Part shown: positions 1 to 8,565 of the stretch, one piece after another
How positions within the stretch are numbered: position 1 is the first letter of the stretch
How the letters are laid out: every line of letters begins with the position of its first letter
Source of the DNA: Candidatus Zixiibacteriota bacterium
GTDB taxonomy: Bacteria; Zixibacteria; MSB-5A5; GN15; FEB-12
DNA length: 28,326 bases
Assembly (NCBI GenBank): GCA_041742355.1
Contig: JBGSIV010000285.1
Span: forward strand, 1-28,326
Reading direction: 5' to 3'
Program-made: the position numbers and the translations under genes
The notes under the pieces: generated by a model
Told to the model about the DNA's origin: nothing
Database searches by the model: none
Seen by the model: only the letters and a program-made list of their open reading frames with translations

Positions 1-191
1 CCTTGCTCACCCCGGCCGCCCGGCCGGACCCAGCGGCCATTTCCCAGCCGGCCATTCCGAATCTTGCCGCTTTGGATGGCGGCCTCCCGGCCAGCGGTCG
101 GTTCACCGCCGCCGGATTCAAGGTCATTGTCCACGGCCGCAAAGCCGCCCTGGAGGAGCTGCAGCAGGCCGAACCGGCCCGGCCGCAGTGA
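1..191 (+). CDS. 3' end of an upstream gene (partial, product unknown)
   Basis: Frame 3 is open from the window edge to TGA at 189-191 with G/C-ending codons typical of genes here. No recognisable motif. Confidence 0.4.
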   Translation, partial: LLTPAARPDPAAISQPAIPNLAALDGGLPASGRFTAAGFKVIVHGRKAALEELQQAEPARPQ

Positions 192-261
192 TGAATCCAT
201 GGCCCGGTGGATCGACAAAATCCACCGGGCTGGCCCCCGCCCGGTCGGGTTACTTTCCCCC

Positions 262-290
262 TTGCGCAAACCGCACCTTTGGCGTATATA
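262..290 (+). promoter_or_regulatory. Putative sigma70 promoter for the radical SAM-rsmB unit
   Basis: TTGCGC (262-267), 17 bp, TATATA (285-290); ATG at 357. Confidence 0.5.
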
Positions 291-356
291 GAGCACGTCC
301 GAATGCAAGTGGGATCGTTTTTTGTACGCAACTGCTTACGAAGCACTTAGAGGGCG

Positions 357-2861
357 ATGAAGAGGCTGCTCGAAGAGACATTTTATCCGTATGTCATCAA
401 ACCGGGGCGGTACGCCGGCGGCGAACCGGGTTCTATTGCCCGCGACCACGCCGACCGTGTCAAGTACCTCCTTGCGTTTCCCGACAAGTACGAGATCGGT
501 CATTCCTACCTGGGGTTGCAGACGTTGTACCACATCGTCAACCAGGATGATCGTTTTGTCGGCGAACGCGTGTTCGCCCCGGACCACGATGCCGAGGCTC
601 TTCTGCGCCGCGCCGGCATCCCCCTCTTCTCTCTCGAATCCCGGACCGCGGCTGCCGACTTCGACGCCATCGGCTTCACCCTGAGCTACGAGCTGGTTTT
701 CACCACTGTCCTGCAGATGCTGGACCTCGCCGGGATTCCACTCCGCTCGGCCGACCGCACCGACGCCCACCCGCTCATTTTTGCCGGCGGACCGGCCGCC
801 TACAACCCCGAGCCGATGGCCCCGTTTGTCGACCTTTTCTATATCGGCGACGGCGAGGAGGGGCTGCCCCAGATGCTCGGCATCCTCCACGAACTGCGCG
901 GCGCGACCCGCCGCGAAAAGCTCGAACGGCTCGTTCGCGAAGTCGAATCGGTCTATGTTCCCTCTTTCTACGACGACCACCATAAGCCCGTCGTTGACTT
1001 CGCCCCCGCCGAGATCGTGGCCCGGGTTATCCCCCAGCTCAAGCCGGAGTACTACCCGGAGCGGCCGATTGTCCCGCTGATCGAGACGGTTCACCAGCAC
1101 CTCAGTATCGAGATCATGCGCGGGTGTCCCCGCGGCTGCCGCTTCTGCGAGGCCGGGGCCATTTATAAGCCGGTCCGCCTGCGCCCTCAGGCCGATATCC
1201 TCAACCAGGTCGAAATTCAGGAGCAGTGGGTCGGCGCCGACACCGTTTCCCTCCTGTCGCTCTCGACTTCCGACTATCCGGAGATCGACGACCTCGCGCG
1301 CAAGGTTGCCCGGCGGCTCGAACCGATGAAGGCCGCCATCAGTGTTCCGTCGCTTCGCCCCGGTAGTATCACGCCCGAGTTGCTGGATACGCTCAAGATG
1401 GTTCGCAAGGCGGGCCTGACAATCGCCCCGGAGGCCGGCACCGAACGTCTCCGGGCTTTCATTCGCAAAGATATTCCCGATGCCGCCGTGTACGACAGCG
1501 CCGAGATCGCTTTCGCCAAGGGCGTCACGACACTCAAGCTGTATTTCATGATCGGCCTGCCGACGGAGACCGAAGAAGACCTCCTCGCGATCTGCGATAT
1601 GGTCCGCCGCGTTTTCGACATCAGCCAGAACTACCCCGGCAAACGGACCGTCAACGTCACCCTCTCTCCCTTCGTGGCCGAACCCCATACGGCGTTCCAG
1701 TGGGATGCCACCGCCACGCCGCAGGAGATCCACGACAAGCTGCAGTTCATCAAGCGGAATGTTCGCAGCCGCCACATCAACTTCAAGCACAACTCCAGTG
1801 ATGAGTCTGTGCTCAAGGCCCTCCTTTCGCGCGGCGGGCGCGAGATGGGCCCGGTGATCGAAGACGTATACCGCGCCGGCGGCCGGTTCGACGGGTGGTC
1901 GGAGGATTTCAACCCTCGGCGCTGGTTCGATACCTGCCGCGCCCACGGCATCGACATCGAGGATCGCCTCAAGCCGGTTCCCTTCTCGGCCGAGCTCCCG
2001 TGGTCGCACATTCGCAAGGGGTCGTCGGTCGAGCACCTGCAGAAGGAGCGCCACCGGACGTCGACCATGCTCCGCGAGTACGTGCCGAAATTCCGCGGTG
2101 ATGTCGAGGTCGAAGAACCCGCCGAACCGGAGATGCAGTTCGGGCGGTCCAAGAAGAAGGTTGCGTCGCGCAACCTAGCCGCGCCAACCAAAAACCGCGT
2201 GCGCCTCCGCTGGGGCAAGACCGAGCGCTACAAATATATGTCGCACCTGGACAACCTGCGCCTGCTCGAGCGCACCATCCGCCGGTCGCGCATCCCCGTT
2301 GCCTACAGCCAGGGATTCCACCCGACGATGAAGCTCTCGTTCGGCCCTCCCCTGCCGCTCGGATTCACCTCCGAGGCCGAGTACCTTGATATCACCTTCG
2401 AGTCGAACTTCATGCCGTACATGCTCGACAAGCTTCGCGCGGCTCTTCCCGAGGGCATCGACCTTTTCGACGCCGCCATCGTTCTGGACAAAGCGCCCTC
2501 CCTGTCATCCGTTCTCAACCGCGTGGAGTATTTGCTTCCGCTGGATGAAGGCGAGGATACCGCCGCGCTCACCGCGAAAGCCGGGGAAGCCCTTGCCGGC
2601 GATCGGCTGGAGATCGAGCGTATCGGCAAGAATGGCGCCACGACTATCGATATCCGTCCCGCTCTCTATAGCATCACCGTCACGGATAAACTTATCGAAC
2701 TGACGCTCGGCGTCGGCGAGGGCGGCTATGCGCGCCCCGACGAAGTGCTCGGGCTCCTTTTTCCGGCGGAGCGCGTCAAGCCGATGACCAATCGGCTCCA
2801 CCGCAGGGCAATGTACCGGGTCGACAGCCTCGGCGCGCGGATCGACCCCATGAGATTGTAG
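357..2861 (+). CDS. TIGR03960-type radical SAM protein fused to C-terminal DUF2344 (TIGR03936-type) domain
   Basis: N-terminal KPGRYAGGE and AFPDKYEIG; CxxxCxxC (RGCPRGCRFC); GLTIAPEAGTERLR; LYFMIGLPTET; C-terminal SHLD...PVAYSQGFHP..KLSFGPPLPLG. Confidence 0.92.
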   Translation: MKRLLEETFYPYVIKPGRYAGGEPGSIARDHADRVKYLLAFPDKYEIGHSYLGLQTLYHIVNQDDRFVGERVFAPDHDAEALLRRAGIPLFSLESRTAAADFDAIGFTLSYELVFTTVLQMLDLAGIPLRSADRTDAHPLIFAGGPAAYNPEPMAPFVDLFYIGDGEEGLPQMLGILHELRGATRREKLERLVREVESVYVPSFYDDHHKPVVDFAPAEIVARVIPQLKPEYYPERPIVPLIETVHQHLSIEIMRGCPRGCRFCEAGAIYKPVRLRPQADILNQVEIQEQWVGADTVSLLSLSTSDYPEIDDLARKVARRLEPMKAAISVPSLRPGSITPELLDTLKMVRKAGLTIAPEAGTERLRAFIRKDIPDAAVYDSAEIAFAKGVTTLKLYFMIGLPTETEEDLLAICDMVRRVFDISQNYPGKRTVNVTLSPFVAEPHTAFQWDATATPQEIHDKLQFIKRNVRSRHINFKHNSSDESVLKALLSRGGREMGPVIEDVYRAGGRFDGWSEDFNPRRWFDTCRAHGIDIEDRLKPVPFSAELPWSHIRKGSSVEHLQKERHRTSTMLREYVPKFRGDVEVEEPAEPEMQFGRSKKKVASRNLAAPTKNRVRLRWGKTERYKYMSHLDNLRLLERTIRRSRIPVAYSQGFHPTMKLSFGPPLPLGFTSEAEYLDITFESNFMPYMLDKLRAALPEGIDLFDAAIVLDKAPSLSSVLNRVEYLLPLDEGEDTAALTAKAGEALAGDRLEIERIGKNGATTIDIRPALYSITVTDKLIELTLGVGEGGYARPDEVLGLLFPAERVKPMTNRLHRRAMYRVDSLGARIDPMRL

Positions 2862-2867
2862 GGCGTT

Positions 2868-4232
2868 ATGGTTATGCAGACAGAGAACAAATCAGAACAA
2901 CGCTTCGACCCGGTTCGCATGGCCGCGGTCGAGGCCCTCATCCTGATCGAACAGGGGGAACAGACCGACCTGGCTGTTCAGCAGGTTGTTTCCCGGCGCC
3001 AGTTCCGGCCCATAGACAGGCGCTTTCTCCTGCAGCTGGTCAACGGCACCACCAAGATGCGTCGGCGCCTCGACCACGAAATCAAGTTCTACCTTGCCCG
3101 GCCTTCGCGCGACCTGCCGCTCAAGCTGTCGAACATTCTGCGCCTCGGCTTCTACCAGCTCCACTTCACCGACCGCATCCCGGCGGCCGCTGCCGTCTCC
3201 GAATCGGTCAACCTCGCCCACCACATGACCGATCGCGCCCGGGCGAACCTCGTCAACGCCGTCCTGCGCGCCGCCCTGCGAGAGCCGGAAAAGATCAGAT
3301 TCATATCCAAGGACGATGACCCGGTCAAGTATCTCGGCGACTTCTACAGCTTCCCCGATCACTTCGTCAGCTACTGTCTCACCGAGTTCGGCTACGAGCC
3401 GACGGAGAAGCTCCTCAAGTCCTTCAACAATCCGCCCCACGTCACCTACCGGGTGAACTTCCTCAAGGCGAAACCCGACGAGGTCGCCAACATCCTCACG
3501 ACGAACGGTATCGAATTCTCGTATGGCAAATACCTGCCCGAGTTTATCCACATTGAGGAGGGCGGCCTCCCCCTGCAGAGCGAACTGATCGACACCGGGA
3601 AAGTTTTCGTCCAGGATGAATCGGCGGGGCTGTGTGCGCGGCTGTTGAATCCGAAGGCCAAGAGCGATGTCGTCGACCTGACCGCCGCCCCCGGCGGCAA
3701 AGCCACCTATTTGGCTATCCGCATGCGCAACAAGGGGCGCGTCACCGCTGTCGACAAATCCCACTCCCGCCTCCAGGTCCTGGTCGACAACGCCATGCGC
3801 CTCGGCATCAAGATCATCTCCCCCGTCGCCTGCGACATGCTCGATTTCACCGGCGGTCCGTTTGACCGTGTGCTGCTTGATCCCCCCTGCTCCGGCTGGG
3901 GCACGGCCGGCAAAAACTCCGATCTGCGCTGGCAGAAATCCGCCGAGGACATCACCAATCTGGCGAAGATCCAGGGGAAGATGCTCCAGAAAGCCTCACA
4001 GCTCGTGAAACCGGGCGGCGTCCTGGTCTACTCCACCTGTACCATTATCCGGACCGAGAACGATCAGATTATCGAGGAGTTCCTCGTCAAGCACCGCGAC
4101 TTCCAGATCGACCCGGCCGACCGGTTCTTCCCGGCCGAGCTCGTCACCCAGCGCGGCTTCGTCAAGACCTACCCGGATACCGGCCGCCTCGATGGCGCCT
4201 TCTGCGCCCGCCTCCGCCGCGCCGGGGAATGA
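2868..4232 (+). CDS. rsmB: 16S rRNA m5C967 methyltransferase RsmB/Sun
   Basis: NusB-like N-terminus (LRLGFYQL, AVSESV, NAVLR); VQDES; AAPGGK; DPPCSG and YSTCT catalytic cysteines; DGAFCARL. Confidence 0.93.
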   Translation: MVMQTENKSEQRFDPVRMAAVEALILIEQGEQTDLAVQQVVSRRQFRPIDRRFLLQLVNGTTKMRRRLDHEIKFYLARPSRDLPLKLSNILRLGFYQLHFTDRIPAAAAVSESVNLAHHMTDRARANLVNAVLRAALREPEKIRFISKDDDPVKYLGDFYSFPDHFVSYCLTEFGYEPTEKLLKSFNNPPHVTYRVNFLKAKPDEVANILTTNGIEFSYGKYLPEFIHIEEGGLPLQSELIDTGKVFVQDESAGLCARLLNPKAKSDVVDLTAAPGGKATYLAIRMRNKGRVTAVDKSHSRLQVLVDNAMRLGIKIISPVACDMLDFTGGPFDRVLLDPPCSGWGTAGKNSDLRWQKSAEDITNLAKIQGKMLQKASQLVKPGGVLVYSTCTIIRTENDQIIEEFLVKHRDFQIDPADRFFPAELVTQRGFVKTYPDTGRLDGAFCARLRRAGE

Positions 4233-4242
4233 CGGTGTTCGT

Positions 4243-5646
4243 TCACACGTGCTCGATCGCCGTGTGGTCGGATATTTCGCTGTTTGTCGTGCACAGATCC
4301 CGCAGCGACAACCCGTGGACATCGTGCGTGCCCGTCAGCCGCGCGAAATCCTGCAGCTCCTTCGTAATGACCCGCAGGTAGTTCTCTAAGCCCCGCGCCG
4401 ATTTCTCGATATCCAGCCGTTTCCGCAGCTCCGGATCCTGCGTCGTGATCCCCACCGGGCACTTTCCGCTCTCGCAGATCCGGTACTGCTGGCAGCCGCA
4501 GGCCACCAGGGCCGCGGTCGCCACCGCGACCGCAACCGCCCCTAGCGCCAGCGCCTTGGCGATGTCCGACGACACCCGCAATCCTCCCGTGATCACCAGC
4601 GAGATTCCTTCCGAACCGTTCGCGTCGAGAAACTTCCGCGCCCGGTAGAGCGCGAAAATCGTCGGGATCGAGGTCGCCGCCTTCACGTACTTCGGCGAGG
4701 CGCCGGTTCCCCCCGGTCGCCCGTCGATCGTGATGAAGTCCGGCTTCGCGGCCAGAATCACCGCGAGATCCTCCTCGATATGCCCCGCCGCGATTTTGAC
4801 GCCGATCGGCCTGCCGCCGGAGATGTCTCGCAGCCAGGCCACTTTCTCCCGGAGATCTTCCGGCGTGAGGATATCGTCGAAGTGCGCCGGGCTGATAATG
4901 TCCTGCCCGGCCGGAAATCCGCGCACGGCGGCGATCTCGGCCGTGACTTTCACCCCCGGCAGGTGCCCGCCCATGCCGGGTTTGGTCGACTGGCCCACCT
5001 TGATTTCGATCGCGTCGGCGCGCCGGAGGTTTTCTTCAGTCACACTGTAGCGGTTCGGTACGTACTCGAAAATGTACCTGTACGCATTCGCCTGCTCTTC
5101 CGGCAGGATTCCTCCCTCTCCCGAACAGATCGCTGTCTTCGCCGCCGCGCTCCCATTCGCCAGGGCGATCTTCACTTCCCGCGAGAGCGCCCCGAACGAC
5201 ATGTGGCTCACGTACACCGGCGTTTCGATCACCAGCGGCTGTTTCGCCCCTGGCCCGATCACGGTCCGGGTATTGACCGGGGCATGTTCATTCAACGGCA
5301 GGCTGGCCAGCTGCGCCCCCTTGATCAGGATGTCATCCCACGAGATCACCGGCTTCTTCGTTCGCATGGCTTCGATAATCGACTGCCCGCTTTCGGCCAT
5401 CGCGTGGATGTCCGCCATCGTGATCTCGAGCTCGTCCGACATCCGGCGGTATGCTTCGGGCGAGATTTTCGGCATCGACGCCGATGGTGCGGCGCTCACC
5501 GGAGCACCAATCTCCCCCGTCGCCTTGAAGTAGACTTTCCCTGAGCCGCACACCGGGCAGACCCAGTCATCGGGCAACTCGTTCCACGGCGCCCCGCAGG
5601 ATTCGTCGTAGAGGTAGTCGCACACCTCGCACTTGTATACGGCCAT
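4243..5646 (-). CDS. Rubredoxin-fused FMN-binding glutamate-synthase-family protein
   Basis: N-terminal rubredoxin (YKCEVCDYLYD...LPDDWVCPVCG); GltB FMN-barrel motifs MSFGALS, SGEGG, EIKVGQSTKPGMGGHLP, DGRPGGTGASP; [3Fe-4S]-type CQQYRICESGKC. No amidotransferase domain. Confidence 0.9.
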   Translation of the reverse strand: MAVYKCEVCDYLYDESCGAPWNELPDDWVCPVCGSGKVYFKATGEIGAPVSAAPSASMPKISPEAYRRMSDELEITMADIHAMAESGQSIIEAMRTKKPVISWDDILIKGAQLASLPLNEHAPVNTRTVIGPGAKQPLVIETPVYVSHMSFGALSREVKIALANGSAAAKTAICSGEGGILPEEQANAYRYIFEYVPNRYSVTEENLRRADAIEIKVGQSTKPGMGGHLPGVKVTAEIAAVRGFPAGQDIISPAHFDDILTPEDLREKVAWLRDISGGRPIGVKIAAGHIEEDLAVILAAKPDFITIDGRPGGTGASPKYVKAATSIPTIFALYRARKFLDANGSEGISLVITGGLRVSSDIAKALALGAVAVAVATAALVACGCQQYRICESGKCPVGITTQDPELRKRLDIEKSARGLENYLRVITKELQDFARLTGTHDVHGLSLRDLCTTNSEISDHTAIEHV

Positions 5647-5656
5647 ACTGCGGCCC

Positions 5657-6178
5657 TCAGATATCCATGTTGGCCGGTTCGTAGTACTCTTTGTCGTGCT
5701 TGCAGCACGGGCACTTCCCGGGCGGCTCGGTCCCCTCGTGGATGTAGCCGCACACGCTGCACTTCCACTTGATCGGGTGGTCGCGCTTGTACACTGTCCC
5801 GTTCTTCACCATCTCCAGGAGCCGTTGGTACCGGTCGCGGTGGTGTGCCTCGACTTTGGCGATCTGGCGGAACAGCGCCGCGGCGGCCAGGTTTCCTTCG
5901 GCCTCCGCCTCTTTGGCGAACTCCGGGTACATCGTCACCGTCTCGTAGTGCTCGCCGCCCATGGCTTCCTCGAGGTTGGCGATCGTGTCACCGATGCCGC
6001 CGAGGAGCGCGAATTCGTCTTTGGCGTGCCGCCGCTCGTTGTCGGCCGTCTCCTCAAGTATCTTCGCGATATAGTGGTAGCCTTCCTTTTTCGCCACAGC
6101 GGCGAAAAACGTGTACTTGTTGCGCGCCTGCGATTCACCCGCGAACGCCGCTCTCAGGTTGTCTTCGGTCTTGCTCAT
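5657..6178 (-). CDS. rbr: Rubrerythrin (diiron domain plus C-terminal rubredoxin-like domain)
   Basis: AFAGESQA..KY, NERRHAK, GEHYE...MY, VEAHH, WKCSVCGY...CPCC. Start re-called to ATG 6178, which has a GGAG RBS. Confidence 0.94.
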   Translation of the reverse strand: MSKTEDNLRAAFAGESQARNKYTFFAAVAKKEGYHYIAKILEETADNERRHAKDEFALLGGIGDTIANLEEAMGGEHYETVTMYPEFAKEAEAEGNLAAAALFRQIAKVEAHHRDRYQRLLEMVKNGTVYKRDHPIKWKCSVCGYIHEGTEPPGKCPCCKHDKEYYEPANMDI

Positions 6179-6286
6179 GACACACTCCGTCGTATGGTAA
6201 TGCCGCTTTCGTATCTCTGGTCGTAATCTGTCGCGCCCCGGGAAGACACCCGGGGAGCGCCGGCTGATCCCTGCCGCCACGTTACA

Positions 6287-6315
6287 AGTATTTCGCCGCG
6301 GCGGCGGTTTGTCAA
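6287..6315 (-). promoter_or_regulatory. Putative sigma70 promoter for the rbr operon
   Basis: Minus strand: TTGACA (6315-6310), 17 bp, AATACT (6292-6287). Confidence 0.6.
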
Positions 6316-6510
6316 GCAGAACGTCGACGGATTGGGCGATAATGGACAGTACTGCTCCAAATTACTTGCCGGGGCGGCCGCGCTCCCTCCGCGGGCCGAT
6401 TTTTACCTTGCGCTCCCCCGCGAATTTTTCATTTCTACCGGTGTATAAGAGAATCGAACGCGCCTTCGGCGACGCATGCCGCGCCGCCCGCAACCGCGCC
6501 GGAAAGAACG

Positions 6511-7320
6511 ATGCCACAAATACGCGCTTCACGACTCGAAAACGGCGACAGCCGCATCGGCGGCTTCCTCGAAAAGTATCTCCCCCTCGGCAGCCGGAAA
6601 CGGATAGTCGCCCTGTGGGCCGGTATCCCTCTCCTGGTGCTCCTGGTCGCCTACCTCGTCGTCGACAACGTCGTCATGCCCCGGATCACCCGCCATGGCG
6701 AGGAGTTCACGCTGCCCGACCTTTCCAGCCAGACGGTCGTCGAGGCCTCGGTTACGCTCGATGAACTCCAGCTCGAATACGAGGTCGCTTCGCACGAGTA
6801 CGCCCCCGGAATCGCCAAGGGGCTCATTATCAACCAATTTCCCCGCGCCGGCACCAAGGTCAAGGAAGGCCGCACGATCAAATTTGTCGTGTCCGCCGGC
6901 CAGAAGCTGATTGCCATCCCGGCCCTTGCCGGGCAGTCGGTGCGCCAGGCAATGCTCAATCTCGAGACCACCGGCCTCGCCCTTGGCGAGATCGCCTGGG
7001 CCTTTTCCGACACCCTGCCCGAACGGGTTGTCGTATTCTCCTACCCGGCCTCGGGCACCGAAATCCCGATGGGTTCGCCGGTCAATCTGATGGTCAACCG
7101 CGGGCGCGCCTCGAGCTTCACGTATGTGCCGCAACTGGTCGGCCTCACGCTGAGCGAGGCCCAGAAACGGATCGAGGACAAGAATCTTCGGCTCGGGATC
7201 ATCTCGCACAAGGAGAACGACAACTACCTGCCCGAGACCGTTCTGGAACAGTCGGAGCCCCCCGGCACCGAGCTTGACATGGGGACGGAAATTGATTTGG
7301 TTGTGAGCCAGACGGACTGA
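6511..7320 (+). CDS. Membrane-anchored protein with three PASTA domains (no kinase domain)
   Basis: One TM helix, then three repeats (LPDLSSQT, IPALAGQS, VPQLVGLT), each ending with P..G..V/I/L..G..I/V.L/F.VS/N. Confidence 0.88.
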   Translation: MPQIRASRLENGDSRIGGFLEKYLPLGSRKRIVALWAGIPLLVLLVAYLVVDNVVMPRITRHGEEFTLPDLSSQTVVEASVTLDELQLEYEVASHEYAPGIAKGLIINQFPRAGTKVKEGRTIKFVVSAGQKLIAIPALAGQSVRQAMLNLETTGLALGEIAWAFSDTLPERVVVFSYPASGTEIPMGSPVNLMVNRGRASSFTYVPQLVGLTLSEAQKRIEDKNLRLGIISHKENDNYLPETVLEQSEPPGTELDMGTEIDLVVSQTD

Positions 7321-7346
7321 AGGCGGCGTCGGCCGCCTTTCTCTTT
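7320..7346 (+). terminator. Intrinsic terminator after the PASTA gene
   Basis: AAGGCGGC-GTCG-GCCGCCTT followed by TCTCTTT. Confidence 0.65.
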
Positions 7347-7425
7347 GCGATAATGAAAGCTCTCCGGCATCCGGCAGATTCTCTGATGTTCCATCAGCGA
7401 ACCACAAACTGACCGAGGACTTCCG

Positions 7426-8298
7426 ATGGCTTCCGGACCGTTGCTCTCCTCCACCCCCGTCCACTTCAGCCGACCGCTGCGGACCATGGTCGCCAACCTC
7501 TATAACGAAGCCCTCCTCCACGAGGTCACCGTCAGCCGCATCACCTACCTCTCCGACGGCCTCAAGATCAACGGCTACCTCGCCCGCCCCACCGCCGACG
7601 GCTCCTACCCTGTCCTCATCTGGAACCGCGGCGGCTACGGCAACACCGGTGCGCTCGATGACCTAATTGCTGCCCTCATCCTCGGCTCCACCGCCCAGTG
7701 GGGGTACGTCGTCCTCGGCACCCAGTACCGAGGCAACGCCGGCTCCGAGGGGACCGAGAGCTGGGGGGATCTCGATGTGAACGACGCCCTCAACCTCATT
7801 CCTGTGGCCGGGACCTTGCCCGTCTGCGACATGACCCGGGTCGCGATCGAGGGGGCCAGCCGCGGGGGCATGACCACCTACCGTGCCCTAACCATGGACA
7901 ACCGCTTCAAGTGCGCCATCACCCATGCCGGGGTCGCCGACCTGTTCGCCCTCGCCGAATATCGCGGCTTCCTCCACGACTGGATTGCCGCCGCCATGGC
8001 CCAATTGTCCCCCGCCGAACGGGAGCGGGAGCTCGGCCGACGGTCGGCGGTGTACTTCGCCGAACGCTTTCCCGACACCGTCCCGGTGCTCCTGTTGCAC
8101 GGAACCGCCGACACGCGGGTACCGTTGCAACAGTCGGAGGCACTGGCGGCTGAACTGGCCCGTCACGGCAAGCCGCACCGGCTGGTGAAAATCGAGGGGG
8201 GCGGGCATGTCGCGTTGCGCGACGGCTCGTATAAGGAAGTGGATCGCCACCGGAAAGCGTGGCTGGACGAGCACTTATACGGGCGCCGGCAGGCCTGA
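7426..8298 (+). CDS. Alpha/beta hydrolase, prolyl oligopeptidase (S9)-like serine peptidase
   Basis: YLSDGLKINGYL, NRGG, nucleophile elbow GASRGG, HGTADTRVP (Asp), GGGH (His); GAGG RBS. Confidence 0.88.
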   Translation: MASGPLLSSTPVHFSRPLRTMVANLYNEALLHEVTVSRITYLSDGLKINGYLARPTADGSYPVLIWNRGGYGNTGALDDLIAALILGSTAQWGYVVLGTQYRGNAGSEGTESWGDLDVNDALNLIPVAGTLPVCDMTRVAIEGASRGGMTTYRALTMDNRFKCAITHAGVADLFALAEYRGFLHDWIAAAMAQLSPAERERELGRRSAVYFAERFPDTVPVLLLHGTADTRVPLQQSEALAAELARHGKPHRLVKIEGGGHVALRDGSYKEVDRHRKAWLDEHLYGRRQA

Positions 8299-8420
8299 TC
8301 GGACTGGTTCACGAACGGGGGACGACTTCAATTAATTTAGGAAACGTCCACCTCTTTGCGGTAAGGGGACTTACGGGAGCGTTGCCGGGCGGCCGAAACC
8401 GCTTGTTACGTATAAACTTC

Positions 8421-8448
8421 TTGCGATTCAGACCGGTTTCGTTATATT
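8421..8448 (+). promoter_or_regulatory. Putative sigma70 promoter of the ffh operon
   Basis: TTGCGA (8421-8426), 16 bp, TATATT (8443-8448) in an AT-rich intergenic region. Confidence 0.5.
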
Positions 8449-8514
8449 GGTGAGCTTTGCGCCTTTGTTCCGGATTGTCCGGGCAACGGCCTCACCTCAC
8501 GAGGATTGTAACCG

Positions 8515-8565
8515 TCTCGCCAAACGTAATGGGCGAGAGTTTTACTATTTGTAGCGTATGTTTGG
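8515..8565 (+). ncRNA. Candidate ffh-leader cis-regulatory RNA (hairpin plus pseudoknot over the start codon)
   Basis: Stem TCTCGCC (8515-8521)/GGCGAGA (8532-8538). Loop AAACGTA (8522-8528) is complementary to TATGTTT (8557-8563), which contains the ATG (one G-U pair). Confidence 0.55.

Noticed and set aside
336..2054. 572-aa antisense ORF
   Set aside because: Shadow of the radical SAM gene caused by GC-rich codon bias; no motifs.
6179..6280. Longer N-termini given by the ORF track for rbr (also omptin, kdsD, comEA, coaD, DUF4430)
   Set aside because: Downstream starts fit RBS, gene overlaps, promoters and family N-termini better.
8361..8374. GTAAG-GGGA-CTTAC palindrome as a recombinase or dif site
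   Set aside because: Too short and no 11-6-11 dif architecture.
8299..8557. SRP RNA gene next to ffh
   Set aside because: No helix-8 motif (CAGG...GNRA...AGCAG) seen.
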